DNA of 64,000 nt from Candidatus Binataceae bacterium (GCA_963752805.1 CAVWAA010000003.1:31233-95232), one strand, 5' to 3'; shown: positions 41,984 to 53,209, counted from the first letter of the stretch. Made by a program: numbers and translations. The notes: generated by a model from the sequence alone, not told the origin.

Positions 41984-42376
41984 GTGGTGGAGGAATCACA
42001 ACACTTTGATCGCTCCGCTCTGCAAGCCCTCGTTGCGGCCGCTTGGGAGGAGTTCGACGGAGAGATCCTGCTGCTGGTCCGCGATGGCAGCAAGATGAGG
42101 CTGGGCGCATCTGAGAGCGGCGGACTCAATGCGCGAGTGATCCTATCAGAATGCCTGAGACGTCTGAATCAATTGGAAGAGCAACCTCTCGATACGACAA
42201 CTCGAGCATTTGTCCGCGTTGTGTCGGAAGACCTGAAGAATGATCAGGTGGTGTTGTTGATTGTGCGCGGGCAGGGCGACATTCGACTGGCATCCGGTGC
42301 CGGAGCCCATGGGAAAGTGCGCGACATGCTAGATGATGCTCTGCAATCCATAGGCGGTGAACGCCAGCGGCGGTAG
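41984..42376 (+). CDS. Hypothetical protein
   Basis: 130-aa ORF with two similar halves (ILLLVRDG..MRLGAS / VVLLIVRGQ..IRLAS). Confidence 0.5.
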   Translation: MVEESQHFDRSALQALVAAAWEEFDGEILLLVRDGSKMRLGASESGGLNARVILSECLRRLNQLEEQPLDTTTRAFVRVVSEDLKNDQVVLLIVRGQGDIRLASGAGAHGKVRDMLDDALQSIGGERQRR

Positions 42377-42659
42377 TTGATCCAAAGCATACTCGAACCG
42401 AATTGCGCTGCAGGTTGGCCGAATAAAAGCCGATAGACCCATCAACTCGGCCCCGACCCGCTAGAGAGGCTGGTTAATAACGCAACAACATCTCCCGCCC
42501 AGCCCCTTGATTTTTTCGCGGGCGCAATCGTTATCCAGACGGAAAGAAATTTTACCGATGCCCGGCGCTTCCAACTCCTCTTGCGTTCGACGATACGCTC
42601 TTCTCCGATCGGATCTGTCCAAAAAGCCTGCCACGAGTCGGAGATGCCATCCGAACAAC

Positions 42660-42775
42660 ACTGCGGCGCTGACTCTGGGCGAGCACAACGAAATTGTTCT
42701 GCGCGACTATCTGGGATATTTCAGCGGATCGGGTCTCTCAAAAGCGTGGGCGTGCTCCATCACGGTGAGCGGTAA
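42660..42775 (+). pseudogene. CaiB/BaiF CoA-transferase C-terminal remnant
   Basis: TLGEHNEIVLRDYLGY. Confidence 0.4.
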
Positions 42776-42853
42776 GGCACGATTTGACTCATGTTGTGGG
42801 GCAAGTTGGACAGCGGCAGAATACCGGAACCATTTAATTCGATTCCTGGAGAT

Positions 42854-43309
42854 ATGATGTTAAGAACAATTCAGGTAGAAAAACTGGCACTTGGCCTGTG
42901 CGTGGTTATTGTCTACACGCTGCTTCGGATTCCACAAGCTATGTCTGCTGCAAAAGTCACTACTCCTTCCGGACTGCAATACGTGGATCTCACCGTCGGT
43001 AACGGCGATGTTGCCAAAGCCGGCGATCAGGTGTCCGTTCACTACACCGGCTGGCTGCAAAACCCTGACGGAAGCAAGGGGCGGAAATTTGATTCCAGCA
43101 AAGACCGCGGCCAACCATTCCAATTTGCGCTTGGACAAGGTCAGGTCATCAAAGGTTGGGATGAAGGGGTACAGGGGATGAAGGTCGGCGGCGTGCGCGA
43201 GCTAATCATCCCGCCGGCGCTCGGTTATGGTCAGCGCGGTGCGGGCGGCGTGATTCCGCCGAACGCGACGCTGATTTTCGAAGTGGAGCTGCTCGGCGTC
43301 ACGCATTAG
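42854..43309 (+). CDS. FKBP-type peptidyl-prolyl isomerase with signal peptide
   Basis: [48 protein letters not shown]. Confidence 0.95.
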   Translation: MMLRTIQVEKLALGLCVVIVYTLLRIPQAMSAAKVTTPSGLQYVDLTVGNGDVAKAGDQVSVHYTGWLQNPDGSKGRKFDSSKDRGQPFQFALGQGQVIKGWDEGVQGMKVGGVRELIIPPALGYGQRGAGGVIPPNATLIFEVELLGVTH

Positions 43310-43403
43310 GTGACAATCATCCTGAGGCACCCAGGTTCCATAGGCACCGATAGACGTAGCGATGCGGCTCATGTGTGTCGTCTTGTTCTTTTCATTCTAT
43401 GGC

Positions 43404-44507
43404 TTAGAGTTCCAAAAACTCCTGCATCTGCTCTAATGCCTTGTCCAGCGCCAGACGAAAGGCGCTTCCGCGTGGCCGCGGACCAGCGAAGCCTAGCTCG
43501 TGCTGAAGCTGGCCATCAACCACCTTCAGATTGGCCCAACCCAACATTTGTTCGCCCCATAGCACAGGCATGGCGTAGTGGCCCATGAGGCGCTTGTAGG
43601 CCGGCACATACGCTTCCAGCTTGTATTCCCAGCCCCAGAACAACTGGAAACGCCGTCGGTCCCAGACCACGGGGTCGAAGGGCGCGAGGAAGCGCAGCCT
43701 GTCGGCGACCTGGTGGTGAGAGGCCATGGGGTTCTCGGCTCGCGGCCACAACCAAAGCATGCCGTCGACCTGAGCATGGGCGTAGCGGGATTTGGCGTCC
43801 TTCTGGACCTGCCGCACCTCGGCGGCTATGTGCGGCACTCCATAGCACAGCAGTCTGCACAGATAGCCCAGGCTGCCCGCAGGCAGGGGCGAGTAGAGCT
43901 GCACCACCGTGTCGAGCAATCGGCCGGCGCGCCCTAGCCGTGCCTCGGGGCTGTCGTCCTGCGGCGGATGCTCGACCGCTCGGTAGACCCGGGTGCCGAC
44001 CTCGCGCCGCGCCACACGCAGTAACCCACGATAGTGTAGGCCCTCCAGCAGATGGGCGCTGACATTCAGGTTGGCGCCCCAGCGCTTGATGTGGCCATGA
44101 TCGAAATGGGCCTGCACGTCCTTGGGGCAGGTGAGACCACGCTGGTGCACGAAGGCAAGCACCTCCTGGGCACGTGCCTGCATCTTGGCGTCCCAAGCAT
44201 CGCATGCGCGCGGCACCCCGCGTGGATGCAACAGGGCCAAGGTCTCGCGAGGCAGGAAACCGTAATTGAAGAAGAATGCCTCCTCGATCGGTAAGCGCGG
44301 GTAGAGGCGCTCCAGCTCGCCGGCGCGATAGTCCTTAACGCGGTACGCAAGGACCAAATCTTGGGCGCGAGCGGGTGCGCGCACCGGGTCGGCCTGGACG
44401 AAACCTAACCGCGCGATGGCCCGCGATAGGCTGGTCGGCTTGAAAAGGCTGCGTGCGATTGCATAGCGTCGCAGTTGATGGAGACTGGTGGATTTGAGAG
44501 GGCTCAC
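43404..44507 (-). CDS. YcaQ/AlkZ-family crosslink-repair DNA glycosylase (winged helix)
   Basis: LGFVQADP (QxD), APFDPVVWDRRR, Y.LEAYVP..KR..GHYAMP. Confidence 0.85.
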   Translation of the reverse strand: MSPLKSTSLHQLRRYAIARSLFKPTSLSRAIARLGFVQADPVRAPARAQDLVLAYRVKDYRAGELERLYPRLPIEEAFFFNYGFLPRETLALLHPRGVPRACDAWDAKMQARAQEVLAFVHQRGLTCPKDVQAHFDHGHIKRWGANLNVSAHLLEGLHYRGLLRVARREVGTRVYRAVEHPPQDDSPEARLGRAGRLLDTVVQLYSPLPAGSLGYLCRLLCYGVPHIAAEVRQVQKDAKSRYAHAQVDGMLWLWPRAENPMASHHQVADRLRFLAPFDPVVWDRRRFQLFWGWEYKLEAYVPAYKRLMGHYAMPVLWGEQMLGWANLKVVDGQLQHELGFAGPRPRGSAFRLALDKALEQMQEFLEL

Positions 44508-44585
44508 TCGTAGCGTCTCGCAGGGACGCAGATCATTATATCCTATTTATAAACCGCTCCAGTCTTACCGCCCTTTTTATCTCTC

Positions 44586-44701
44586 ATAACGAATAGGATT
44601 GTATCCGAAATGCTCAGTCTCCTAGCGGGCTAAGTGCACATAGCCAAACGCCACCGCATTAGCCACCGACTGAGCACTTCGGATACAATCCTATTCGTTA
44701 T
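44586..44701. repeat. 116-bp element with 34-bp terminal inverted repeats (MITE-like)
   Basis: 44586-44619 and 44668-44701 are reverse complements with one mismatch; 48-bp spacer. Confidence 0.8.
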
Positions 44702-44880
44702 CGACTTGCAAATGAGGGGTGGGTCCTCCTCCACTTCGTCGGTTCGCGGATTAGATAACTCGTAGCTTCCTCGTCTACGACGCTGGAACCTCAAGGCTTT
44801 AGTTAAATGCGCGGCAGAACTCGATCGCTCTGCCGCGCCGTCAGCCAGCGACATTCAACAACCGCTCTCTGCGGGCCGGC

Positions 44881-45261
44881 TCATTCAGGCGGCGCCTTTT
44901 CGCCGAAGTAACACGCTTCGATATTGTTACCATCGAAGTCGAGCACGAACGCGGCGTAGTAATCGTCGCCGTACTGGCGCCGAAACCCCGGCGGCCCATT
45001 ATCCTTCGCGCCGGCCTTGAGCGCCGCGGAATGGAACTGATGCACGGCCTCTTTGCTTGAGGCGCGCAGCGCGACATGAATCGGCTGCACCAGCTTCTTC
45101 TTTCTCACGATCCAAAAGCTGGTATGTCCGCCCTCGTAAAAGCCCGCCGCGTCGCTCGGGTACTCGCTGTGCAGCACATAGTCGAGCGGCTTCAGCGCTT
45201 CGAGATAAAGCTGCTTGGATTTTTTATAATCGCTGATTGGAACCGATACGTGTTCAATCAT
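44881..45261 (-). CDS. VOC/glyoxalase family protein
   Basis: IEHVSVPISD, HVAL.A, DNGPPG.R..Y, YYAAFVLD.DGNNIEA. Confidence 0.9.
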   Translation of the reverse strand: MIEHVSVPISDYKKSKQLYLEALKPLDYVLHSEYPSDAAGFYEGGHTSFWIVRKKKLVQPIHVALRASSKEAVHQFHSAALKAGAKDNGPPGFRRQYGDDYYAAFVLDFDGNNIEACYFGEKAPPE

Positions 45262-45463
45262 GCGCCCAACATAACGGTCGGCGGCGCGATTTCAAACTGC
45301 CATGCTCAGGCTCTTACCGTGCTGAATTACGGATGAGCCAGCCGCCCCGAGAGTCCAGCCGACTGCGCGCGCGGTCGGCTTGTCGCGCCAAACCGTTTGC
45401 ATGGTTCTTCGTGCAGCTGCGTGATGCGCCGCGCTCGATGGGCTGGCCCCCATCGGACGCCAG

Positions 45464-45820
45464 TTAGGCGCAGGCCCTGACTGCCAACATTCCGGCGACA
45501 AACACAGCGAGGGCTAAAAGCCAATGCACTCGTCGGGGTTGCGATGCCGTCACGAACGGCTGATTTGTGTGCACTGTCTCGGCGTGATGGCATTGCTTAC
45601 ACAGCGTAATCAAGTCGCCGACCGGAGTTGCCTTTATTTCCTTGTAGGTGTGGTATGACTTGTGGTGCGCCTCAAGCCAATTGCCCCGGCTTGGCGCGGC
45701 CCCGCAGCGCCGGCACCTGAAGCCGTCCCGCTTGAACGTGGCCCAGCGAATCCGCTTCCATTGCCGAGTAGTCAGATATCGGGAGTATTCCGGCCAGAAT
45801 ATTTCGTCCGGCACCCACAT
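45464..45820 (-). CDS. Small HNH endonuclease with C-terminal transmembrane helix
   Basis: Y..YL....W, RDGFRCRRCG, LEAHH..Y, DLITLCKQCH, hydrophobic tail. Confidence 0.75.
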   Translation of the reverse strand: MWVPDEIFWPEYSRYLTTRQWKRIRWATFKRDGFRCRRCGAAPSRGNWLEAHHKSYHTYKEIKATPVGDLITLCKQCHHAETVHTNQPFVTASQPRRVHWLLALAVFVAGMLAVRACA

Positions 45821-46141
45821 CAGGGCCTATTTAGTCACGAAGAAATTGGCTGCGCCATCGCCGTTGCTCGGGTGACGCTCAAGACTCCTCCTATCGCGAT
45901 AATGAATTATAACGTCCCTTGCCATGGGCCAGATTAGCCGGCGCCATCGAACGATTTTCCTCTAAAGCATTGGCATCAATGTGCGGATTGCATCATGACA
46001 CGCACTGCAAGGCATTGTGCGGAGCCCCGACTTGTTTTTGTCGGAAGAAACTGTGGCTGCGAACGCGGGAAAGTAGAAGCTCGGGCGATATACCGTAACT
46101 AAGCGAGCTTGGCAGTATCGAACGCCCCGCATTAGTCGGAC

Positions 46142-47329
46142 CTAGGTCTCGCCGAAGAAGCGCTTGCGCACGTCGTCGTCGCAGGGCAGCTCAGGGCCGC
46201 TGAAGAAGTGATCCGGGAAGCGGTCGGGTTCGGCCGCGAGGAGTGGAAGTGCATGCTCGCGCCGCTGATCGGCGCCAGAGCCACGCTGGAACAACAGGTC
46301 GAAGGCTCACTGGCCCACAGTTCTTTCTGCACTGAAGTACGCGTCGCGCGCGGAAGCATAGCCGCCTGCAGCGGCAGGCCAATCGTCCATAGAGAGGAGA
46401 TTCTCGGCGAGCACGCGCACATCGCGCAGTGTCAGGCTCAAGCCCTGTCCCCATGATGGATCACTGGCGCCGGCGGCATCACCGATCAGCACGAAACCGT
46501 TGCGATAAGCATGATCGACCCAGGTCTCGGTCATATCAAAACTCGCGAGAGGACCGGCGGGCCGCGTACCCGCGTATATTTCCGCCGGCATTCCTGCCTT
46601 GACGCACTCGTCGATGAAGCGAGTGGTGTCACGCTCTCCCTGCAACCGTTCCAGGTCCTTGCCATAGAAGAGGTAAGCGCGAGCACGGCCACCGTCCAGC
46701 GGTATCACCAACGCCCAGCGCACATCGAAAGGATTGAGCATGACGTGACTGGCGTCTTCTGCGACCGACAAATGTTCGAGCAGCACGCCTGCCCCCAGCA
46801 ACTTCTGCGAGCCGCGTTTCGTCGCAAAACCGGCCCACGATCGAGCGGCGGAATTCCGTCCATCAGCGCACACGACGAGTCGTGCGATAAGTTCGATGAC
46901 CCGCCCGCCCCGTTCGATGAAAACGCCGGGAGGGTCTCCCGCCCGCAGACCGCTCACTGTGGCGCCATGCCAGACTTCCGCTCCAGCATTGCGTGCGCTG
47001 CCGAGCACGGTCTCCTGCATCGCGGGATGGTAAAGTGTTAGGGTAGGCAGACACTGTGGCGTTGTCGTCCTGAAGTCGCGCAACGGCTGCATCACGTCAT
47101 TCCAACAAGGGATCACGTGCGCGTAATGCTCGACGAGCGGTTCGTACAAGCCGAGCTTCTGAGCTTCCGCGACGCCCCATGGCGCGATCCATTCACCACG
47201 CATGCGATCCTTGAACGTAGTCTCGCGCTCTACCACAAGCACGTGCACGCCGTTCTCCGCGAGCACCTTTGCGAGCGCCGCACCGCCCAGTCCGCCCCCG
47301 ACCGTGATCACATCATAGTTGACTTTCAT
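46142..47329 (-). pseudogene. FAD-dependent monooxygenase with internal TGA at 46307-46309
   Basis: VGGGLGG, ADGRNS, LIGDAAG..DP..GQG; the same frame continues past the TGA to RFFGET-stop. Confidence 0.8.
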
Positions 47330-48049
47330 CGCGAGCCCTCCTTTTGGCGGGCGTTGATTTACTTACCGCAGTCCCGAGCGGCAGCGCCAAAGGCTAAAAA
47401 TCAGATATAGTCACTCGGCTTAATCCTCAGCCCAGAGCTTAAGCACATCATGCCGGCTCAGTGGAATCTCCGAACCTTTAAAACGCTCCGTCCCGCAACT
47501 GGGTTTTGACTGAACGTAATTCACCAAGTTACAGTTGAATCGCGGCGAAGGAGGCGCACAGTTATGACAATACTTCACGCAGCGCGTTCCAATTTTGCCA
47601 TGAGCCTCGGCGCGCGATGATGCAAATGCCGAGATGCTGAGGCAGACATTGCGACAGGCGGGCGCCATCGTCGCAATCGACTGGACCAATAGAACCCGAA
47701 CGGGGCTGGGAAAATTTTCCCGGCCCCGTCTTTTTATCGGAAGCGGCATCCCGGATAGCCAGACATAAGGAGGTTATGTCCTAGTAAATGCGCCGGAATG
47801 TGGTAGGGTCCAGGCGATTTGGTCGTCATTCGATACACGGCGGGGCAGGGGACAGCTTGCGGAAGCTCCGGTCCTGTATTTCGGGGTCGTTCGCTCAGCG
47901 CACGCAAAATGAGACGCACCCAATTATCGGAGAGGATGACACCCCGGCCCGGCGCGCCCTTTTTAGTTATGTTGTGCTATTCGTCTAGGTGGTCGTTGCC
48001 CGTATTCTGAACGGAAAAATACGGCTATCTATTATAGGAGACGAATATC

Positions 48050-48225
48050 GCCGTTTCGATCATTCGGCACGTATGGCATGCTCCACCTCAGGGCATTTCT
48101 TGAAGCACTCTCGTCGATGCTCATGCCGCCGCTCAGGTAAGCGAGGATGGAGCCCATGGGCATCCCAAGTCCGCGCACGCACGGTTTACCGAAGCACTTC
48201 TCGGGGTCCGATCGTGGTGCGAGCG
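48050..48225 (-). pseudogene. DUF433 antitoxin-like remnant
   Basis: [29 protein letters not shown]. Confidence 0.6.
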
Positions 48226-48264
48226 AACTGGTGGTGTCGAATGTCCACAAACTTCGCCCAGTGT

Positions 48265-49086
48265 TCAAATTAGGCGCTTGGCGCTATCGACGCGGTTCGC
48301 AAGTAAACTTAGAAAGGCGATGTAATCGAGGGCAAGCTCCGCCGGTAGGTCTGCAAGCTTGTGCGCGGGCGGATTGCTAAGAGCCAACACTGCGCCTTCA
48401 AACAGGTGCATGATCCCCTCTTGTTCGTCTTCATCGGTACGGTCACGAAGAGCGTTAAATGCCAACGAGGGGATTTTCTTGAGAACACCTTCCGCATCAG
48501 ATCGGCTCCGTCAAGATCGTTTATCCCCAATCTATCCTTAACCAAATTCACCAGAGCTATCGATCCATCCAGTATCGCCTGTCGATAATGACCGTCGCGA
48601 TACAGTCCAGTGCAAGCATTCGCAATTAGCGGATGTAACCTAAGATTCTCAAAGGCGACGGTGGCTTGAGGCTCGGCGCGCATGATGAATTCCGCGCGCT
48701 TCTGGTCAAGCCTGTTGATTAGACCGTTCAGCATTGATTCAGTTTGCCGCAACTCTCTAATGAAGCGGGCTTGATTCACGTTGCGGAATGTTTCTAATCC
48801 CGACTGACGGGACACTGCGCGGCCCACGAGAATAGATCGAGTAATCTCTATATTCATCAAACTCCGGAGAATTTGGCCCGAATGTCTCAAGGATAGCAAC
48901 GCGGAGGTTGAACTGGATGTTGCGAACCCCCTCGTGATCGAACTGAACCGATTCTCTACGTATGGGCTCGTACTCCCAGAAGGCACCGTTGCAATTTTCT
49001 AATTGCCAAAGCAATTTCCTAGTTGAAGCAAACTGATTTATCTGCGTGAAGGCTTCAACTTCGGCGCGACTGCTTCGCTTCGGCAT
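48265..49086 (-). pseudogene. TIGR02391-family protein, frameshifted
   Basis: LHP.I......LY.DGHY..A, DG.DLM.KVFS, EQEG.MHLF.GA..A..NP.AH across three frames. Confidence 0.7.
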
Positions 49087-49189
49087 TCCGTTAAGCCTCC
49101 CGCGTGCGAAACATATCGCGTTGTCGTTCTTCTGCCGAGACGGGTCGGGCGGCGATGTGATTACTGATGCTCCCTAGCCCTAGCAGCGA

Positions 49190-49450
49190 GCGCTCCTTGG
49201 CGGCGGCCGATATTGCTCATCGCCTTGCCGTTCGCGCTCATCGCCATGCGGCTACGTCAAGCTCGATGACGAGCCGTGCATCGGGACAGAAGAAATCCGC
49301 GATGTAAGAACCAATCGTGTACCGCCGCCGGAACTTGGCACCATTCAAATGAAGAGCCCGCAGCCGCTGCCATAACCGGTGCTCAACCTCAGTTTGTCGC
49401 GCGCAGAGCCCGCGCGGTCGCGGGCGAGCACAGAGGGCTGGGCATCAGAC
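49190..49450 (-). pseudogene. DUF559 (Vsr-like endonuclease) remnant
   Basis: Manual translation TEVEHRLWQRLRALHLNGAKFRRRYTIGSYIADFFCPDARLVIELD. Confidence 0.7.
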
Positions 49451-49689
49451 TCAGCAATTCTTCACAGTCGTCCCTCACCCGCGCGCCGAAAAATGCCGCG
49501 CGACCTCTCCCGATATCAGGGAGAGGTAAAGAGGCGGGGATTCGTCGGTTCGAAAATTTCATGAGGTCGGCGGTTGAAGACATCCGCGTGATGGGTCGAG
49601 ACCGACTGTTCTGTCCGGGGCAAATTAAGATGTGCGCAGCCGGCGGTGTCGGCCCGGTCAAACTCAAGTGTGCACGTACCGGCGACTGC

Positions 49690-50538
49690 CTAGCTCTGCT
49701 CGCCAGCGTTTCGTTTGGGTAGAGCTTCCAGCGCGGCCGCGAGGGCGTTGAGCATGCGCACCACGTCGGCTGGTCCGCCGACGCGGTAACGGGCCGCGCT
49801 CCGGCGTGGCTCTCCGACCAGCACTGAGATCCCATCCGCGGCCAATTCGCTAAAGGCATCCTCGTCGGTGAGATCGTCGCCGAAGTAGACCGGCTCGAAC
49901 TCAGGTCCGACCCGCTGCCATAGAGTGCGCACTGCCGTCGCCTTAGTGGCTATTTTGGGGAGCGCCTCGAGCACCATCTTGCCATGGCGCGGCCGAAGCG
50001 AGCTCGTGCGTTCCATGATGAATTGTTCGAAGGAGTCGCGCACATAATGCGCAATTGGTCCGGCTGCCTGGCGATAGTGCAACGCCAGCGCGACACCTTT
50101 ATTCTCGACGATGAAGCCTGCGTTGGCTGGCAGGTTGTGGTCGAGCCACAAACGGGCATTTTCCAGATCCTCCCGACACTCCTTTATCCCACGCGCGACC
50201 TCGATCTTACCGGTCGTATCGAGCACTTGAAGACCGTGCACACCGGCCAACGCTATCCCCGGCGGTATCGACATCATCGCACGCAAATCTCTAACGGTGC
50301 GGCCGCTTATCAGCGCGGTGGTGACCCGCTCCCGATGCGCGGCAACGGCTCGCAGCGCTTCAACCGCACCGCCGACCGGCCGCGCCAGCCGCGGTTCTCT
50401 CGCAATTTCTGAAATTGTGCCGTCGTAATCGAGGCAGAGCAGAATTGGTTTCCGCTGCACTAAGTCGGGGAGTAGATTTTCGGGCAGCGGCGGTGGTCCT
50501 GGCTCAGACCCGAACAGCTTCCGTAGCACCTTCGGCAA
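49690..50538 (-). CDS. otsB: Trehalose-6-phosphate phosphatase
   Basis: LDYDGT, ISGR, ALHYR, GKMVLE, FGDDLTDEDAF. Confidence 0.93.
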   Translation of the reverse strand: MPKVLRKLFGSEPGPPPLPENLLPDLVQRKPILLCLDYDGTISEIAREPRLARPVGGAVEALRAVAAHRERVTTALISGRTVRDLRAMMSIPPGIALAGVHGLQVLDTTGKIEVARGIKECREDLENARLWLDHNLPANAGFIVENKGVALALHYRQAAGPIAHYVRDSFEQFIMERTSSLRPRHGKMVLEALPKIATKATAVRTLWQRVGPEFEPVYFGDDLTDEDAFSELAADGISVLVGEPRRSAARYRVGGPADVVRMLNALAAALEALPKRNAGEQS

Positions 50539-52003
50539 ATCCCGACTCCGGAGTCAGTTCGGTGAGAAAGTTCTCAGACCAACGCTCGAGGTTATTGGCT
50601 TGCACCTTATCGCGCATTGTCCGCATCCGCACTGACTTCTCGCCCGGATCCATTTCCACCGCTTGCCGCAGCCGTTCGGCTATTTCATCGGCATTATACG
50701 GATTCACCAGCAGCGCTTCAGTCAGCTCCTCGGCCGCGCCTGCGAATTCGCTCAAGATGAGCACTCCGTCGTCACCTACACGCGATGCAACGAATTCCTT
50801 GGCCACCAGGTTCATTCCGTCCCGCAACGGAGTCAGTAGCGCAACGTCGGCCGCGCGATAGTATGCGACCAATTCCTCCGCTCCGAACTGGGTGTATAGA
50901 TAGCGCAGTGGTACCCACCCTTCTGAGGAAAAGCGGCCCACGACATGTCCCACCAATTCGTCGAGCTCACGCTTGAGATTAGCGTAGTCGCTCACTTTGG
51001 TGCGCGACGGTACCGCAATTAACACCAGTGTGACCCGCCGATGCCACGAGGGATTTTGTTCCAGGAAACGCTCGAAGCCGAGCAAGCGCTCGAGAATCCC
51101 CTTGGTATAATCAAGCCGATCGACTCCCAGCACCATAATCTGGGTGCCCAGACTCCGGCGGATACGCTGGGCGCGTCCGGCAACGCGGGGCGAAGCCGCC
51201 AGGTTCGAAAAGAAGTCGGCCGGGATGCCAAGCGGAAACGGCGCCGCATGAACGCGCCGGCCGTCAACGCTGACTTCACCACGCTCATGAGAGACGTCGA
51301 GATGCAGGATGCGGGCACAGCAGTTCAGAAAATGCGTGGCATAGGACTGGGTATGGAACCCTATTACGTCCGCGCCCAGCATCCCGTATAGAAACTCCTC
51401 GCGCCAGGGCAGAATTCGCATCAACTGCTCCGGAGGAAAAGGCACATGCCAGAAAATTCCGATTGGCAGGTCACGACGATGCTGACGAACCAGGTGAGGT
51501 ACCAACGCGAGATGGAAATCCTGCACCCACAGCAGGTCACCGGCTGCCGCTTCATCACAGGCAATGCGCGCGAAGGCCTGATTAACGCGCACGTACCGGC
51601 TCCATTGTTGCGTTGAGAAATTGCACTTAGGCGTCATGAAGTGCATCAACGGCCATAATCCGCGATTGCACATGCCGTGGTAATAGTCAGAAATATCCTG
51701 TTCCCCGAGCGGTGCGAAGACGATTTTAAAACGCGGCTCGCCCGGCGGCATCAGTTTCGGAGCTGGGGTTTTTTGTCCACCCGACCACGCGATCCATAGC
51801 CCGCCGTTTCTTTCCAGCAGCCGTAAAAAAGTCGTGCCGACGCCCCCGACAGTCGGCTCCAGGCGCTCCTCGCGTGCTTCACGAATGATGCGAATAGGGG
51901 CGCGGTTCGACATTACGATCAGCCGCCGGCCGCGAGTGACGGTCATGCCGTTGCCGTTGCTATGGGGTTGCATTCGCGCCAAAGCTTCAATAGGTCCATT
52001 CAT
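50504..52003 (-). CDS. otsA: Trehalose-6-phosphate synthase
   Basis: SNRAP, LWPLMH, WVQDFHL, FWHVPFP, GVDRLDYTKG, RDGMNLVAKE, LSEFAGAA. Confidence 0.95.
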   Translation of the reverse strand: MNGPIEALARMQPHSNGNGMTVTRGRRLIVMSNRAPIRIIREAREERLEPTVGGVGTTFLRLLERNGGLWIAWSGGQKTPAPKLMPPGEPRFKIVFAPLGEQDISDYYHGMCNRGLWPLMHFMTPKCNFSTQQWSRYVRVNQAFARIACDEAAAGDLLWVQDFHLALVPHLVRQHRRDLPIGIFWHVPFPPEQLMRILPWREEFLYGMLGADVIGFHTQSYATHFLNCCARILHLDVSHERGEVSVDGRRVHAAPFPLGIPADFFSNLAASPRVAGRAQRIRRSLGTQIMVLGVDRLDYTKGILERLLGFERFLEQNPSWHRRVTLVLIAVPSRTKVSDYANLKRELDELVGHVVGRFSSEGWVPLRYLYTQFGAEELVAYYRAADVALLTPLRDGMNLVAKEFVASRVGDDGVLILSEFAGAAEELTEALLVNPYNADEIAERLRQAVEMDPGEKSVRMRTMRDKVQANNLERWSENFLTELTPESGFAEGATEAVRV

Positions 52004-52414
52004 GGCAACTAACCCCCGAGGGCTGAAGCTGTGATCCCCGCCGATGGCCTGTTGCCGCTGATCGAGGTCTATTCATGGAGACTCATCTATGCCGCTGAAG
52101 ATCGCCGCAAGTACTGGACCAACAAGACCGAACAAAGAATAACTCCTTGCGGCCAGTGTCAGCAAGAAAAATAACGTTCCAATTGTTACATACCGGTCAC
52201 GCAATATTGGCAGAATGCGCAACCCTACGCCGAAGCGGGGGAGATAAAGGTCGTTGTCACCGGTCAGCCACTGCTCACTTAAACTATTTATTTATTGATA
52301 TGACCGAAGTTGCTCCGCTCCGCTGGCTGCCGGTTGAGCCGTGTACTTTCTCTTTGTTAACAATTTGGATTGGTACTCGAACGCCGCCAGGGTTGCGCTT
52401 GACCATTCGCGCAT

Positions 52415-53209
52415 TCAGCCAAGGTTCGGTTTACGTTTCTCCATGAAAGCCGACACATACTCCTTGTGTTCAGGACTGGTGTAGCACTGCTCCAGCGCAA
52501 AGGCTTCGAACTCGAGCGCATTCTCCAGTGTTCCCATTATCCCGTTATGTATCGCACGGCGCGTCAGCGCGAGCGAAGTTGGCGAACCCTGGATAATCTC
52601 GCCGGCGATTTCGCGTGCGCGGCTTATCAACGTGTCTGCGGCAATGACGTGGGTCACCACACCCATCGCGAGGCATTCCTGCGCGGAGTAATGGCGTCCC
52701 GTCAGCAGCATTTCAGTAGCCCGTGCGACGCCCACCAGGCGCGGCAGGAAATACGACGACCCCAGTTCCGTCATCAGGCCAACGCGGGGGAAAATGAAGC
52801 CCATCCTGGCGCCCTCGGCCATAATTCTGATATCGCACGGTAGCGTCATCGTCGCGCCGACCCCGAGCGCAAAGCCGTTAATTGCCACCAGCGAGGGCTT
52901 GCTCATCGTGCGCATCAAATGCGGATAATCAGCCATCGCCTCGCGGCCTGCTGACGAATGGGGCTGGCCGCCCGTCTCTCGCGTGCGAATGTTGCGGTCG
53001 AAGGTGCTGATGTCGGCACCTGCGCAAAAAGCGCGTCCGGCGCCAGTCAGAATGACCACGCGGGCGTTTGGATCAGCATCCGACCGCCGCATCGCTTCAA
53101 CGATTTCATGGCCCATCTGCGGAGTATAGGCATTTAGCTTGGCTGCACGGTTCAAAGTGATCGTGGCGATTCCGTCCGCGACGTCATAGAGCAGTGTCTC
53201 GAATGACAT
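52415..53209 (-). CDS. Enoyl-CoA hydratase/isomerase family protein
   Basis: ITLNR..KLNA, AFCAGAD, AINGFALGVG, AFMEKRKP. Confidence 0.92.
   Translation of the reverse strand: MSFETLLYDVADGIATITLNRAAKLNAYTPQMGHEIVEAMRRSDADPNARVVILTGAGRAFCAGADISTFDRNIRTRETGGQPHSSAGREAMADYPHLMRTMSKPSLVAINGFALGVGATMTLPCDIRIMAEGARMGFIFPRVGLMTELGSSYFLPRLVGVARATEMLLTGRHYSAQECLAMGVVTHVIAADTLISRAREIAGEIIQGSPTSLALTRRAIHNGIMGTLENALEFEAFALEQCYTSPEHKEYVSAFMEKRKPNLG

Noticed and set aside
46307-46309. In-frame TGA in the FAD monooxygenase as a second selenocysteine
   Set aside because: Not in a redox motif, the position fits Trp (TGG to TGA) better, and no convincing SECIS-like hairpin was seen; more likely a nonsense mutation or error.
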